64,000 nucleotides of DNA. Source: an uncultured Nitrososphaeraceae archaeon (lineage in GTDB: Archaea; Thermoproteota; Nitrososphaeria; Nitrososphaerales; Nitrososphaeraceae). The stretch is taken from positions 1 through 64,000 of the forward strand of contig CAVZZA010000004.1 in the NCBI GenBank assembly GCA_963779615.1, written 5' to 3'. Below are positions 63,690-64,000 of this stretch, piece by piece (position 1 is the first letter of the stretch; each line of letters starts with the position of its first letter). Made by a program: the position numbers and the translations under genes. The notes below the pieces were generated by a model. That model was given only the letters and a program-made list of their open reading frames with translations, made no database searches and was not told the origin of the DNA.

Positions 63690-64000
63690 TCATTCCACAA
63701 TTTTAAATTTTATTTTTTGCGTCTTGAATAATTCTATTAGTAAATTTGATTGGTCTCTATTTTCAAACTCTAAACTTAGATAAACACCTGCGGTTCCAGC
63801 GGGTATGTTTGCACTGAGCCTATCATGCACTACTTCTACTATATTCACATGCGCTTTTGAAATTTCATCCACAATTTTTTTAAGGGCCCCTGGTTTGTCT
63901 GGAAGTTCAATAAAAATTTTTAATAGCCTTCCTGTTTGTATCAATCCCTTTGCAACCACCTGCCCTAAAAGATACATATCGACATTACCGCCAGATATAA
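63690..64000 (-). CDS. ilvA: threonine ammonia-lyase, 3' end with ACT domain (runs off the window)
   Basis: ISGGNVD followed by ELPDKPGAL..NIVEVVHDR. Confidence 0.85.
   Translation of the reverse strand, partial: ISGGNVDMYLLGQVVAKGLIQTGRLLKIFIELPDKPGALKKIVDEISKAHVNIVEVVHDRLSANIPAGTAGVYLSLEFENRDQSNLLIELFKTQKIKFKIVE

Overview
AT-rich archaeal chromosomal window. The gene content is best explained by a soil ammonia-oxidising archaeon (Nitrososphaeraceae, Nitrosocosmicus-like; this is an inference from aEF-2 with the diphthamide motif, archaeal LeuRS, methylmalonyl-CoA epimerase, F420 enzymes, futalosine genes, and thaumarchaeal-type wHTH and zinc-finger micro-proteins). The right part (about 45-64 kb) is mostly core genes: M20 peptidase, GCS2-type ligase, CtaA, GGR-like reductase, leuS, mqnD/E/C, fusA, HMG-CoA synthase and the ilvA 3' end. 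The left part is gene-sparse accessory DNA. It holds a molybdenum-cofactor cluster (moaD, moaE, moeA, moaC-mog, moaA) next to tatC, a polytopic sulfite-oxidase-family enzyme plus a decayed paralogue, an ebo-like UbiA/TIM-barrel/TatD cluster, an HD-GNAT fusion and many micro-ORFs. The most notable unexplained signal is a ~130-bp non-coding motif in three divergent copies (2298-2440 minus, 3205-3330 plus, 10533-10665 plus): TATA box, fixed spacing, a covarying GTGT-N-ACAC hairpin and a second stem. It is a candidate new small-RNA or operator family, and one copy is bracketed by two related tandem arrays. Also seen are a perfect 87-bp inverted duplication of the ctaA promoter/5' end, a decayed IS6 and an IS6-type MITE with target-site duplications. 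Single-base frameshifts in conserved genes suggest indel errors in the assembly. No rRNA, intact tRNA or CRISPR array was found. All family assignments come from motif recognition by eye; no database search was run.
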